Program-made: the position numbers and the translations under genes
Notes under the pieces: generated by a model
The model's input: only the letters and a program-made list of their open reading frames with translations
What the model was told of the DNA's origin: nothing
Database searches by the model: none
Assembly (NCBI GenBank): GCA_000320545.1
Contig: ADNK01001639.1
Location: forward strand, 1 to 64,000
DNA: 64,000 bases
Source: Bigelowiella natans CCMP2755
Taxonomy: Eukaryota > Protista > Cercozoa
Reading direction: 5' to 3'
Shown here: positions 37,972 through 51,555 of the stretch, piece after piece
Layout: each line of letters begins with the position of its first letter
How positions within the stretch are numbered: position 1 is the stretch's first letter

Positions 37972-39526
37972 TCAATGCCTCGCCATCGAACTAGATGAAC
38001 GAATAGACGACAAATAACAAACAGCGGAGGAGAGAATCAACGATAACAATGGCGGCAATCTGCGGTTGGAGTAACAAGCTAGCCGGTAATAGGGGAAGGG
38101 AGAAATCACCTGCTCTCTCGACAGCGTGGACAGCGTTTCATCACGGATCTTTTTGATATTCAATAGGCAAGCGGTTCATGCACGCGACGAAAATTCCATG
38201 CGGAAATATCGCAGAGGCAATGACATATAAATACTTTATGAACACTCGCAGGGTGTAATCTAAAACTCTCAGGAAGCTTGATAAAGCATTTTCAGTGAGA
38301 ATCATAATGGCGATGGCGGTGGTTTCTAGTATGATCACGTGTTGCTTTCCTCACGATTACTTGGAATGAAGATTGCACGTGTCGCAGCCATGCTTGCACG
38401 TCCCTTTGCCCCCATGCCGTAACTTAGTAGAAGACAATCGCTATGTCAGGAGAATGAGGAGCAATATTGCAATATTACTGCGGACGAGAGGGTGACGACG
38501 ATGTTGATGATGATAATGCGATCTTGACGACGAAGACAAATCTCTCGCGGGTGGGGGGGGGCAATTTCTACTTCTACCTTTCAGGTCTGGCTGCGTCTTC
38601 GCTGCAGCCTTTTTTGAATTCTCGAAAAGCATCGACTCCAGATTGTGGCCTCTGCAGGATAGAAGAGGAAAAGGCATTGAAGAGCACGGATCATCACGGG
38701 AGGGTAGTCAAATATTGTCAGTTTGACCGGAAGGTAAAAAACCAAAATAGCCTCTAGTAATCTTTTGTAAATCAGGGAACAGAAAGTATGTTGGTGCATG
38801 CATCCACGCTCCGTCTCCGTGTGTGAGAGTGCTCAATGAATCAATCGAATACAAAGAAACCGGACAGAAAATAGGTTTAGAGCGTACCCTCTTCTGCTGC
38901 CGCTGGTTCTTCTCCAACCAGGCGATTTGAAGGTGACCTGACACACCATTCCATGCTCAAACAAAAGTAATCGTACTGGGGACAGCGAGCGAGAGCGAAG
39001 AATCAAGGCGGCGGTGGGGGGGGGCAAGTAGAAGAACACGTATACATTCACGCATTTTATATGGAATAAACCTGGCCTCTGATGCTCTCTACCATTTCCA
39101 TACTACCCTCCCTGTAGTGAAAAGGCAAGCATAAGAATGGCCGATGGGGCGGCACCGCACGTAATACACAGATACTCTCATGCTATGGAAAGAAAGGGAG
39201 AGAACAGGAGAGGAATCAAGGGAGGGGGGGAGGAAGGGAGAAAGCGAGGGGGAAAGAGTTATTTCTTGCTCGCTCTTTCAAGGAGAAGGACCTTTGATTG
39301 TCTTTTCGGATGTTGTCGGCGTGATCATTATCACCATTTGCAGCAACGTTATTATCATCATCGTCATCCTCGCTCCTCTTCATTCTTTGAGGCGAGTCAA
39401 GGGCGCTCGGCCCTGTAGATAGACACAATGTATACGAATCCAAAACCGAACTTACGACAGCAGCATGTGGCAACGATTACGATTTTGTACTAAAGCATTC
39501 TGTATTCACGGCACACCAAATCACTG

Positions 39527-39574
<48 letters not shown>

Positions 39575-39728
39575 CGCGCGCGCGCGCGCGCGTACAATCA
39601 TCCAGACAAACTATTAGAAGGCAAATCACCAGAGTTGACAAGCTCCATGATCCTGCGGTCGAGCTCCTCTTCGCGGGCTGTGATGTGAGATCATGCAAGT
39701 CGTTCAGCACCAGACGGCAATGAACAGT

Positions 39729-39766
<38 letters not shown>

Positions 39767-40507
39767 GACTGTGGGCTCTTATGGGAAAACTCCATCATCA
39801 TCATCATCGTCGTCGTCGTCGTCGTCATCATCAGCATCATCATTAGGATTAGCAGAAGGAGAAATTGGAGAAATCGTGTGGTTTATTCTGATAGTCAGGG
39901 AGGCAAACCTAGATCTGCAGGCCCATGCTGCGCATTGTCATCATCGTCATCATCGTCATCGCCCTCTTCATCTTCCGTCCTTCCTCTCGCTAGTCCTGCT
40001 GATGATGGCTCTTTACCCCCCCCCCCCATCCTGCCCTTGGCGCCGTCTTTGCTACCTCCTGTAGTAAGAGTGGAAGTTTCCCCGATGTCTGATAGCAGTC
40101 CGTCGCTTAACACTCTCCCCGTGCTGTCATCGCCAGCTAGCCTATCACGCCGATGCTGCTGCTGCTGCTGCTGTCGCTGCTGCCGAAGCAGACGTGGATG
40201 AAATCGATGAAGATTTCCCGCGCTGAGCCCCCCGCTATTAAGGTCGTCGGGAGGATCATTGGTTGTCGTTAGGAACTGATCTGTTAGGCTGCTTATTGAA
40301 TTTTGCTGCTGCTGCTGCTGCTGCTGCTTTACTTTCGCCTGGTCTGGCTTTTGTTGTTGTTGTAGTGGTAGTTGTTGTTGTGAGAGAGTGTTCGTCAGAG
40401 AGGAGGAGGAAGGGAGGAGGAGGTTGCTACTATCAGCATTGGTCATCACGCTCGTTCGCCACTGGGCCAGCTCTTCCAGCTCGGCCTGCTCATCAGGGAA
40501 ATTGCAC

Positions 40508-40544
<37 letters not shown>

Positions 40545-41468
40545 CACAATTACATAGTAAGAGGGAAAAGGATGATAGCGCCGTTCTGGGTGGGGGGGGG
40601 AAGCCAAAATTGCAAAAGACAACCTTCCTTATCAGGTGCATCGGCTTAGACCTGCGTAACATCACCACAAACACGGGAGAAATTTTCAGCAGGGAGAGTG
40701 AGCAATCCCTTCTAGTGATAACTCGGATGGACTCATAACCTAAGATTCTTCGGGTGGATGAGGCTGTGAGCCTGGACGCTGGGATCCAACACCTGGCAAC
40801 AGCGTATTGGCGGCACGAGCAATTCATTCAGATGCGACCGCATTCTGTCCACAATCTTAATTTCTGACGGCGCGCAGGTAGGAAGCAGCGGAGAACCTGC
40901 ACTTGGAAGAACCCGTCCCTCTCCTCCCTTTCAATGACGCACGGGACCCACATATCTTCGTATGGAATGGGGAAGAAGAGCATATATAGTCACAACACAA
41001 ACAACACACGCACGCACACACACACACTCACACACACACACACACTCACACAAACTAGTTTGAGCACCCACGCACAACCTCCGGCGCCACTCCAAATGCT
41101 ACCTGTTGGGCGTTGCTGCGAATCCAGCACGCGGACCTCGGAATATACCTAAAAAAAATAGCTCCAGAATTCGGTTCACGTGCAGCTTCAAAAATGAGCG
41201 AGCCTTCTCACAGGTCAGACTGTGAGCTGGTGCTGCCCCCGACTGACTACACAGAATCGCGTGGCGGATGGTGAAGCTTACGTTGAGGTCGCCGATGTAC
41301 AAGACCCCCACCGGATCAAATGCAAGCTACCCACCCCCCGCCATCGGCGTGATTGACGGCGAGAGACGTGGCCAAAACGGCGTGTAACAATTCAAAGAAG
41401 GGAAGAACACAGAAACAGATAGTACCAAGATATTAGTGCATGCTCTATATTTTCATCATTGATGGGTG

Positions 41469-41503
<35 letters not shown>

Positions 41504-42262
41504 GTTTCTACAATCATCCATTCAAAGCGTACTCCGTAAGGCGTATGGAACAATGCCCTCTCGCGCCACCCGTCAGCATGTCCCAGCATTCGCCTTCTCA
41601 ATCAACACGACGACGACAACGACAACGACAACAACAACAACAACAACAACAACACAATATAATACAGCCATCAGCATATCTCCAGATTCTAATGATCTCT
41701 ATCTGAAATGAATGAGCGTGCGGTGCAACTTGCGCGCGCGTTTTATGGTATCTTTACATCATGCTGGTTGATCTGCTTATAGAGAGCGTCTCTTCGTGTT
41801 GCTGCCCCTCCCCCCTCCTCATCCTCCTCCTCCTCGTCGGATGTAACGCTTCCTGGCCAGCTCCTACTACCACTGTCGCTACGCCTTCAGGTGTGATTTT
41901 CCTGGATAAATTAAGGGTTACCGAGGTGTTAGAGTAGTCGAAGAAAAAGAGGAAAAGAAGAAGAAGAAGAAGAAGAAGAAAAGGAAGGGGGCGAGGAAGC
42001 AGAACATATTGAGGAACAAGCGTGGAGCTCTTGACCTCGCGGCTTCGGAATCACTTCCCCACTCTCATATCGTTGTCAGGATATTTTCTTACTCGCTCAC
42101 TACTACGCAATGAAAGGTTGATAGTGGCGCTACCTAATACGCCTCCCCCGTGCTTCTGACACGTACAAGTTCCCCGAGGGGTCTAGAGCTAGCCTGGAAT
42201 TGTTAAGTGGGATGAGCAAGCGTTTAAGAGAGTGAACGATAGTTAGTGGCCGAAGATAAAAG

Positions 42263-42300
<38 letters not shown>

Positions 42301-43516
42301 TACATATAATTTTTTAATAATTATGTATAATTATTATCATATAGTTTTTCGTGGAGCACAGCGCTTGTGACAACCATCATCATTATCATCATCATCATCA
42401 TCCTTATCCACTGCCCATCGTAAATACACACACACACACACACACTACTGCTTACTACCTCTGAGGATCTTTGAGGCTGGCCCCATAGTACCTCACGGTA
42501 TTCACCTCTCCAGAGCTTAGCGAAATGCGCCTAATCTCAAATCCCTTCGCGACTGATGACCCGAAACGCCCTAGTGATGTAGTCGTGAGCCCCCCCCAAC
42601 CCCCCCCCCCCCCCCCCCCACCTCCCTATCCCTCCTCCTCTTGTATCGAGCACGTAGATGTCGCCGCTCTTATCGACGGCCACGTCTTTTGGACCCCAGA
42701 ATCTTATCATACAGCAGAAGATGATGCGAATGATAATGATGAGGATGATGGATGATGAGAATGATGATGATGATGATGATGATGATTATCCTTCCTGCAA
42801 ACGTTTGTAGCAGTATTATTTCGTTGGCGACTACCTCGCTGAGGAGACAGGCCCATCTGTGCCTCCTTGTTGTCCACATCCAGCAATCTCAAAGCATAGC
42901 AAATACGCACGCAAACACAATCACAATCACACACACAGACACACAGATGGAGAGAGTACGATAGCATTGCACATACTTGCTACTTGGTGCCTGTGATGTA
43001 TCCAATCATCCCCCCCCCCCCCCCCCCCCCCCCTCCCCAAAATCTCTTCTGCTACCAGCTCAATGCTAAGTTGCTTACCTCAGTGATAGCGCCACCGAGC
43101 TTTGGTGAAACACGGCATATGCGAAAACCGCGTGAATCAGCCACTATCACATCACCTGTTGTGTTAGTATAGGTCAATTCCTCTCCTCATTATCCTCCTC
43201 CTCCTCCCCTCCCTCTACGGGTTCTTTGCTGAAGCAAAAAGCATCACTTCCATTGTGCTTACAACACCGTCAAAAACGCCACATCAAAGTCGGCCAAATA
43301 CAGTGCGCATGGTGTATTTTGCGGATCTCATCATCATCATCATCATCATCATCGTCGTCGTCGTCGGCATGGCAATCCGATCATCACTCCTCTCATGATA
43401 ACCATTACCACTCCACGTACACGCCACCGCAGAAGGCACGGCAAAAGCACCTGAGGATGTAATGACAAAACGAATTGAATACAGGCATACCCATATAATA
43501 AATAAATAAATAAATA

Positions 43517-43558
<42 letters not shown>

Positions 43559-43929
43559 TATACTCACCAGCAGCTGTAACTGAGTGCTGTAGTAGTAGTA
43601 CGCAGAAGCAAGTGACGGTGATGATATCCGAGGCGCGATGAAGAAGAAAACAGCCAGCGCAGTGCAGCAATTGTAGTCGCGGAAACCAACAATTTCGAGG
43701 AGAAACAAACACAAAATAAACAGCTCAATCAGCATACTATTTCTGATGATAATGTCTCTCCTTAGACCACACGCCCCCCCACTTTCCCCTGAATGCCCTT
43801 CCCCCTGCGCGTAAAATAACCGTTTCTCCATGAGCCGACACGCGTCTTATCGCACCATTGCCCTATTATTTTTAAGTTGAAGAGCCAAATAGTAAGTTGT
43901 CATGCTATATATTTATAAATTACAGAGAC

Positions 43930-43978
<49 letters not shown>

Positions 43979-44391
43979 TGCTTGGTATAGCGGGTACGAA
44001 GAGTAGCAGCTTTTCTGTTTTCCCATTAAATATGCGGTTTATTTATGCCTGTCGGCAGCTTTTAAATGCAATCTGTTTCTCGACTCTCTCTCTCTCTCTC
44101 GCTCGTCTCCCTTGCATGCCTAGCTTCCCAAATCATCATCACTTGCGCGCAACAACACCGTCCAAGATGCGCTACTATTGATTCATCCCTTTTGCGTTCA
44201 TTTATTGGCGAGTGTACATACGCACGTACGAGATATTGCTCTCTGTTGTAGTCATGTGGAAATAGGGATATGCTGTTTCTATATCCCGCCTCTCTCTCTC
44301 TCTCGATCATGTTAGTACCGTATCAGCGATGTATAGATTTCCCTCTGGATCGATGGCCACGCCGTGAGGGTATCTTGCAAAGCGCAGTCAT

Positions 44392-44433
<42 letters not shown>

Positions 44434-45996
44434 CCGTCAAATGGAAGAAGAATTAAGAAATAAAACCGTGCTGCATCGGAGGAGGGGGGGGGGGGGGGGG
44501 AGGGAGAAAAAGAGGAGGGGGAATATCACCTGAACCGCGCTGTAGTCGATGACCCCTGTGATGATGATAAAACGATTTGTGCGAGGATGCGATTTAGTTG
44601 ACATTCAGATCACAGTGATGGTGATGGCTGAATGAAAATGACGACAACGACGACTATGAAGAGGGGGAGAGAGATGGATAGATAGATATATAGAGAGATG
44701 GAGAGAGAGAGAGAGAGGGAGAGAGAAAGAGTAGGAGGGATATAATCTGTCGCTAACGACAACTAAACATCCAACGTTTTTTCTCGCAAATGCATTGGCA
44801 GCTCACACAGAATTATCAATTCCATAGTGATTATGAACGGCTTATTACGTCCATGAGTCCCATGCGACCCAGGCCACCAGCAACCGTCCATACTTGTCCT
44901 CCTGTGGGGGGGGGAAGAATGGTATTGCTCTTTAGCTGCAGTGTGCGTGGATGCTGCTGCTAATTGACCGCAATCGCCATAGCTAGCTATGCACAACAAG
45001 AACAAGAACAAGAACAACAACAACAACAACAATCTCCTTTTCTTCTCTTCTTTTCTTATATTTCCGCTTCTTCTCTACTTCTCTGCTGCTGGTGGTGGTG
45101 GTGGTGGTGCTAGTACCTGGAGAGATAGCTCTTATACTATGTTCTTCCGAGCAAGCAGTGTAGACAGTTCCCTTAATATTATCAAGGTGAAATGATGAAA
45201 TGATGAAATCATGATGAGGAAGAAGAAGAAGAAGATGATGATGATGATGATGTGACGATGATGACACTAATCGATTAGAGGAAATATGGTAAGAGTCTTA
45301 TTCTCACATATCCTTTCTTTCTCTCTCTCTCCTCCTCTCGCAAAAGCAGTAAAAAAAACATCAATAAAACTCTGGCCTCGCCGAGTATCATCGTCGGCAT
45401 GAGGTTTTGCACCCTGAGGCCCGAAGCTCACCAGATCACACACCACGAACAACGGCCCTCTCTCAGGACACGCCAATACGATTTGCCATTCTCTCACACT
45501 CTTCTCACCTCACTATCTAGAATCATTGCTCTCGGCGTGTGAAAACGCGCTAATTCGCCGAAGCCGTCCTTTCCCTCCTTTCCCCCGAGCAAGGGGTCGT
45601 CATCGTCGTCGCCATCTTCTCCTGCATATCCTTCTCGATTGAAGCCGCCGCCGCACCCCCCCGCCCACGTCGTGAGGAGGTACCGCTCAGGAGCTGCATG
45701 ATACGAAATGGTGATGGGCGCGTGTCAGCCAAGAGAAATGACTAGACAGGACAGCATTGCTATCATCATCATCATCACCATCACCACCTGACAGCGTTAT
45801 GTTCCATATCTACATGCGCTTGTCTCACACAAATCATCGTCGTCTACACAGAGCTTTGCTGACCGAGTGATAGCCCCGTGTCAAACCGCTTATCAGATGG
45901 GCCGAGCGACGACGACGACGACTGTCGGAACCTGCATAGTTCATGGAACATGAGGACGAGGAGGATGAGGATGAGGATGATGATGATGATGATGAC

Positions 45997-46029
<33 letters not shown>

Positions 46030-46530
46030 AATGGTTTCAATCGGGGGAAGAACTCAAGATCTCCGCACCTTTTTTTGATCTGAGAATCTTGTTTTTCGCC
46101 GAGGAGGCTGCCCCCCTCCTGGGAGGAGAAGCCAAATAACCGCTCCGTCGCTTGGGTCAGTAGCTGTTGTTGTTGTTGTTGTTGTTGTTGTTGGTTATTG
46201 TTAGTGCTGTTATCGTGCCGTCCATTTTCACACCGCCAAACATCAGCACCATTCAATTAGAAACCGGGAGAGCGACACTGACTTCGTTGATATTTTCCCA
46301 TGATTGTTTGTCTGGTTTCTACGATGCTCGTTGCTACCTGCGTGCCATAAGGTTCCATCCCAGTTGTCTCATCGTCAGCGCGGCCGGCCTCTTCCGAGTT
46401 GATCTCTTCCGCCACCTTCGCAGCATAGATGTGTTTGGTTGTGTCGCATCTCAGTTAGGATGGATGACTGCTTTGTCATGCCTCCGCGCGTATGTTGATG
46501 GGAGATCGAATACATGGCCGGGTATATAAT

Positions 46531-46565
<35 letters not shown>

Positions 46566-46821
46566 TATATTTATAGATCATGTATTGTGAAATGGGATGC
46601 GCTATATGTTTCATAGGGCAACGATCGATTTCGAGCACCAACTTCGGTGATAGTAGTACCATCGAGTTTGCTAGGGGGATCGCCCCCCCTCCCCTGAGCG
46701 GTGGCACCTGCGAGTTGCCGTGTTGTCGTATCAGTCGGAAGAAGCGGTTACAGGAAGTAGCAGCGGGGATAAATCGTTTTGGAGAAGACATCAGACATGA
46801 CAACAACATGCGCTACTACAG

Positions 46822-46859
<38 letters not shown>

Positions 46860-47002
46860 TCTCTCTTTCTTTTCCAACCTCAAAAGTGAACGACAAGCTA
46901 TCTTTCACTGCCAGCATGCTGGACACCTGTCAGCGACCAAGCGCGTGAGAGAACGAACGTGCAACAAGGGGGGGAGGTCATCGCAGCGATCGGAAATCCA
47001 TT

Positions 47003-47041
<39 letters not shown>

Positions 47042-47235
47042 AAATATTGAATTTTTCAGCAAACATGTGTGTAGTATGATGATGGGGGGCAGGCGCAGAA
47101 ATGCACGCACCAGATTTCGGAACGCCTTTTGATCTCGCATGAAGCCCTGGGTATGAACCATGAAAAGGACAACGCATCGACTCATCTCTCACAGCTATTT
47201 ATATACCGATGAATATGCATATAATATATACACAT

Positions 47236-47271
<36 letters not shown>

Positions 47272-47489
47272 GCTGCTACGATATAGAGCTGCTGGTAGAT
47301 AGAGCGCTACCACCTTGGTCATATCAATCGTTTCGACTTTAAGCAATATCCACCCCTCGCACACCTGCAAGAAGCAGCGCCACACACACACACACATACA
47401 CACACACACACACACACGCACACACACACACACACACACACAAGGGGGAAGCTTTAGCAAGATCCATGGAATATGCAAGACGTCGTTTA

Positions 47490-47532
<43 letters not shown>

Positions 47533-47777
47533 TGTGATTATCAGCAGCAAAATCGATGTTACAAGAAGATGTGGGTGCGAGATAGTACCCCGAGTCGTTC
47601 AGCTGCACTTCCAACACCACTGCAAATGCAATATACAGCACCGGAGCCATCACCAACGCATGAGGGCGACGCATATGTTTATTTTTCGGAAGTCGTATGT
47701 GGAAGAATACATCGATCGCATATATGTCGTGAATGCTCTAGTGGTGGCGATGTGAGTAGTAGTAAGAGTAGTTAGTT

Positions 47778-47810
<33 letters not shown>

Positions 47811-48826
47811 ATACCGATAAACATACTCAACGGCTAGCCGCCCGTCATTTTCTGAGAAATGAACGAATGGGATCGTGATGACGGTGATAATGATGATGAT
47901 GATGATGACGATGATGATGATTAATAATAATGCGCCGCAGCTTTGAAAGTGGCAATAGTATTGCACTAGTATTGGATATAGAATTGAGCACAATTTCGTA
48001 TAGTTGTCGTGTGTGCATGATGAGATAAGACCTGCTCCTCCTCCTCTCCCCCCCCCTCTCGGCTGCTGTGGAGTCATCATCTTCGCAACATCGAAGCCCA
48101 TCTCCATCCAACTGCCAATACCCTCAAAACCCAGAGTGAGAACGCCGCCGTTCTTCAGCACCCCCCCCCCATCTACCCCCTGGTCCAAAATGGCCGCTGC
48201 TGCTGCGGCAGCTGCCTCCTGGAAGGGGTGCTGATACTGTTGTTTCTGTTGCGGGAGAGGATGAGTTTGACGGCGAAAGCTCTCGGGTGCATGCCCGAAT
48301 CTGTGCAGAAATGATGTCGCAGTAGCGCCATAACCACCCCCGCCCCTACCCTTATCAGCGACATTTTGCCCCGGTTTTGTAGCGGAGTAGTGCTGCTGCT
48401 GCTGCTGTGGTGAGAGTGCCAAGGCCGGGGGGGCTCGGTGAATCGATACGTTCTCATACCTGCAGTAATTCAACGCATGCAAAAAGGCAGTAGACGTGTA
48501 GGACACTGAGGCTCGTTTCGACTCCCAACCGAAGCAGATGCCCCCCCCCCCCCCCCCACACACACAATCAAGAGAGACAACGCACCCAGAAGAAGCTATC
48601 ATCATCTTTGGCAAAAGAGCCTCTGGCACCATGGCTGACTCCGCACCGGTCACAATGGCTGCCGCAGCTGCTGCAGCAGCGGGTTTGTTGTCAACCGGAG
48701 TAGCAGCAATCGCTGCCTCGACGGGGGTGGCGGCCGTGGTGGTTGCAATAGCCTCCTACTCATTTATTTTATCCATTTAGTGTATTGCTTCATCAGGAGT
48801 GACCCACGCGAAGGTTGGAGGCTTAA

Positions 48827-48858
<32 letters not shown>

Positions 48859-50041
48859 TATGTACACTATGGGCGGTGATTGGTAGCTCGAAGGCGGGTT
48901 ATTATTCTTGGATATGGCGATACCTTTGGTGGGGAAACAGATCCAGACTTTCCCATGAGCGATGCGACGATGTAGCCCTGCATAGTGATAGAAGAAGCCA
49001 CCATTAACGAGATCTCCATGGCTACTAGCATTCAGAACGAGCGACAACGTAATACTCAGAAAAGCAAAGCTCATGTTCAAAGAAGGGGGAGGGGGAGTCT
49101 GGAGGAGGTACAACGACCTGTTCTTGTCCAACTTGCTGTTGTGTAGTAGGTAGATACGGCGTTCCATTATCAACGGCAGATGCCCTTCCCTGAGAAGACA
49201 ATAATCGGACTTCCTTCAGTGAGGATGAGGCGGGGGCGGCCGCAGTAGTAAATTGGCTTGCTACTTTGAAGGTACCGACCGAGGTAAACTTAGATCCTTT
49301 CCCCATTGCATTTCGGGTCTGCTCTGTGAGCAGTATGTTGTCGTTGGCACCACCGCCCATCATCTTCATCGCCAAACGCTCATCGTCAAATTGGTGGCGG
49401 GAGGAGGATTGTGGGCTGCCGTTGGAGCGTTGGTGGGAAACAAGCTCTTTGTCCATTTCTTCATCTTCTACATCTTCGCTTTGGCCGACAAGATAGCGAC
49501 TGCTTGTCTCGCCATCTTGGCGGTGTCCACGAGCATCTCTCGCCGCCGCCGCCTCCTCCTCCTCCTTAGCTTTGGCTTTCTCCTCCTCCTCCTCTTTTTT
49601 CGAGGCTGAAAGCAGTGTCTTCCATATGTCCTCGGAGCTCGCTTCGGAGTTTCCACCTCCAGCCTCCTCATCTCCCAAAACTTTCGCTTTCAGGCCATTC
49701 GACCCTCCTTCAGAACGATGCTGATAAGAATCAGCAAGATCATCGTCGTCGTTGGCTGTCTTCTTGCCTGGCGCTTCTCTGGCTGAACGCCGGGCTGCAT
49801 TATTAGAAGCAGAAACAGAGGAAGCTCTTGATTTCGATGGTGCGGTAGCAGCCACAGCTGCCGGTGCTCCTAAGTTAGGAGGAAGGCCAGCTCTAGGAAG
49901 CACTTTCCGCCCAAAGGACGACGACGATGATGATAAAATGTCGCTGAAAGAGAGCCATACTATCGCCTCCAAGAACAAGAGGACCAATGCCAGCTTTCGT
50001 CTCCACCACCGAGCTGGCCTCTGCTGTTCAAAGGGGTACAT
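37972..50041 (-). CDS. Large NHL-repeat (beta-propeller) protein with N-terminal hydrophobic segment and low-complexity linkers; boundaries uncertain, may be more than one gene
   Basis: NHL repeats from spliced exons: KGTVYTACSEEHSIRAISP|GGQVWTVAGGLGRMGLMD|GSSTTARFR|YPHGVAIDPEGNLYIADT|GNGAIRRVSAHG (45190-43820), TGDVIVADSRGFRICRVSP (~43150), FWGPKDVAVDKSGDIYVLDT (~42700), RKITPEGVATV (~41900), LAFDPVGVLYIGD (~41320). First exon ORF 50041 has RRKLALVLLFLEAIVWLSFS. Confidence 0.6.
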
Positions 50042-50729
50042 GCAATCCCTTGGCGGAGCTGAGAAACAACAAAAGAACCTATCAGGTCAGTGGGTAACTG
50101 CAAAGCAGAGAGCATCTATGCTATCGACAAAGCCCCTTTTCTCCGAACATCGAGCCATTCTCAAATACAATCTAAGACAGTGTTTTCAATCTTACGTCGG
50201 TTTGCAATTTCTTCCTCCGCCGCCGCCTCCTCCAGCTGACCAGCCCCCCTTTTAAAGTTGTAGGTTTCTCCAGATCGGTCGGTCGGGTCGGCTTCGGTCG
50301 AGGAGGAAGAGAAAGTGTTTTTCGAATAAAACCCGCCAAACATCCAAGATTTAATTTCTAAACATTACCCAAATTTATGAGGAACAGCCCTGAACGAAGT
50401 CTCCGCAGCAGGGGGAAAAATGGCGACGCGCAAGGGTTAGTCTCGGTAAACAATCCGATGGAAACTCCCAACACAAGGCCAACACAAAAGCCAACAGCGC
50501 GAGACCTCCAGAGCGTGCGATGTCTCCGGAAGATCTCCTGATTTTATGTTGGTGGGCCATCGACTGGGGGAAAGCCTCCGAAACCCTTGTCGCAGGGATA
50601 AATTGCAGTGCGTTTCCATATCGTCGATGGATGCCATGCTCCAATACCCAACCGTGAGGGTCAAGCAGGTATGCCTGTTGCCCGAAGACGAAGAGGAGAG
50701 AACATCTCCTTACAAGTGCGTGGCGCGTC

Positions 50730-51512
50730 ATGTCCAGCCTTTCTCTTGTCCCCCCAAGAGCAAGCGTGATGAGCAGCAGGAAGAAAAGGGGGAAGAGCGC
50801 CCCGTCGTCATCATCGCCGGTGGTCGCAAGGGGGGTCGCCAGCAGCCAGGCGGAAAATTCATGCACGTGCTCGCGGATAGTTGCTCTTGGCTCGTCCACC
50901 CCATCGTCGACGTGCAATCTGTTACCGATTCGTCGAAGGGGAAGGGGAACATCGGCGTGCTGTGTTTACGAGGTATGTCGTTAAGCATTGCTCCATTGCT
51001 ACCCTGTCGCACCTACATGTTGGACTTCCCCCAAACAGGTTATTATGAGGAGTAAATCGCTACCGGAGGGGAAAAAGAAGGGGTGTGAGTGCGCCAATAT
51101 GATCTCCTCGCAGCTGACGTCGGGAAGAAGCCAAGGCCGTGCGGATGGAAAGTCGCAGCGCGGCGACGGAAGTAGAGCAGACCAGTTCAAAGAAAAGGAA
51201 GAAGAAAAGCAGCAGCAGAATATCGGTGGAAACCAGAAAAAACGGCAACAAAATATGCTCGCCGTTGTGAAAGTATATCGTGCAGAGGAGAGATACCAAA
51301 GGTCATTAATTAACGAATTAGACGATTCCATTCCGGATTGCTTCATTAAAAGGCCATGTTTTGTTCTAAGGCAAGCGAGAGAGGAGATAAGCAACCTGAG
51401 ATCTTTAAGAAATTGCCCACATGTCACACGGCTTTATGACTCTTTCGAATATCAAGGATCGGTAAAAGCTTCAGCGTGTGCATAGTTATAGCGAGAGAGT
51501 TTGTGAGAGAAA

Positions 51513-51555
<43 letters not shown>

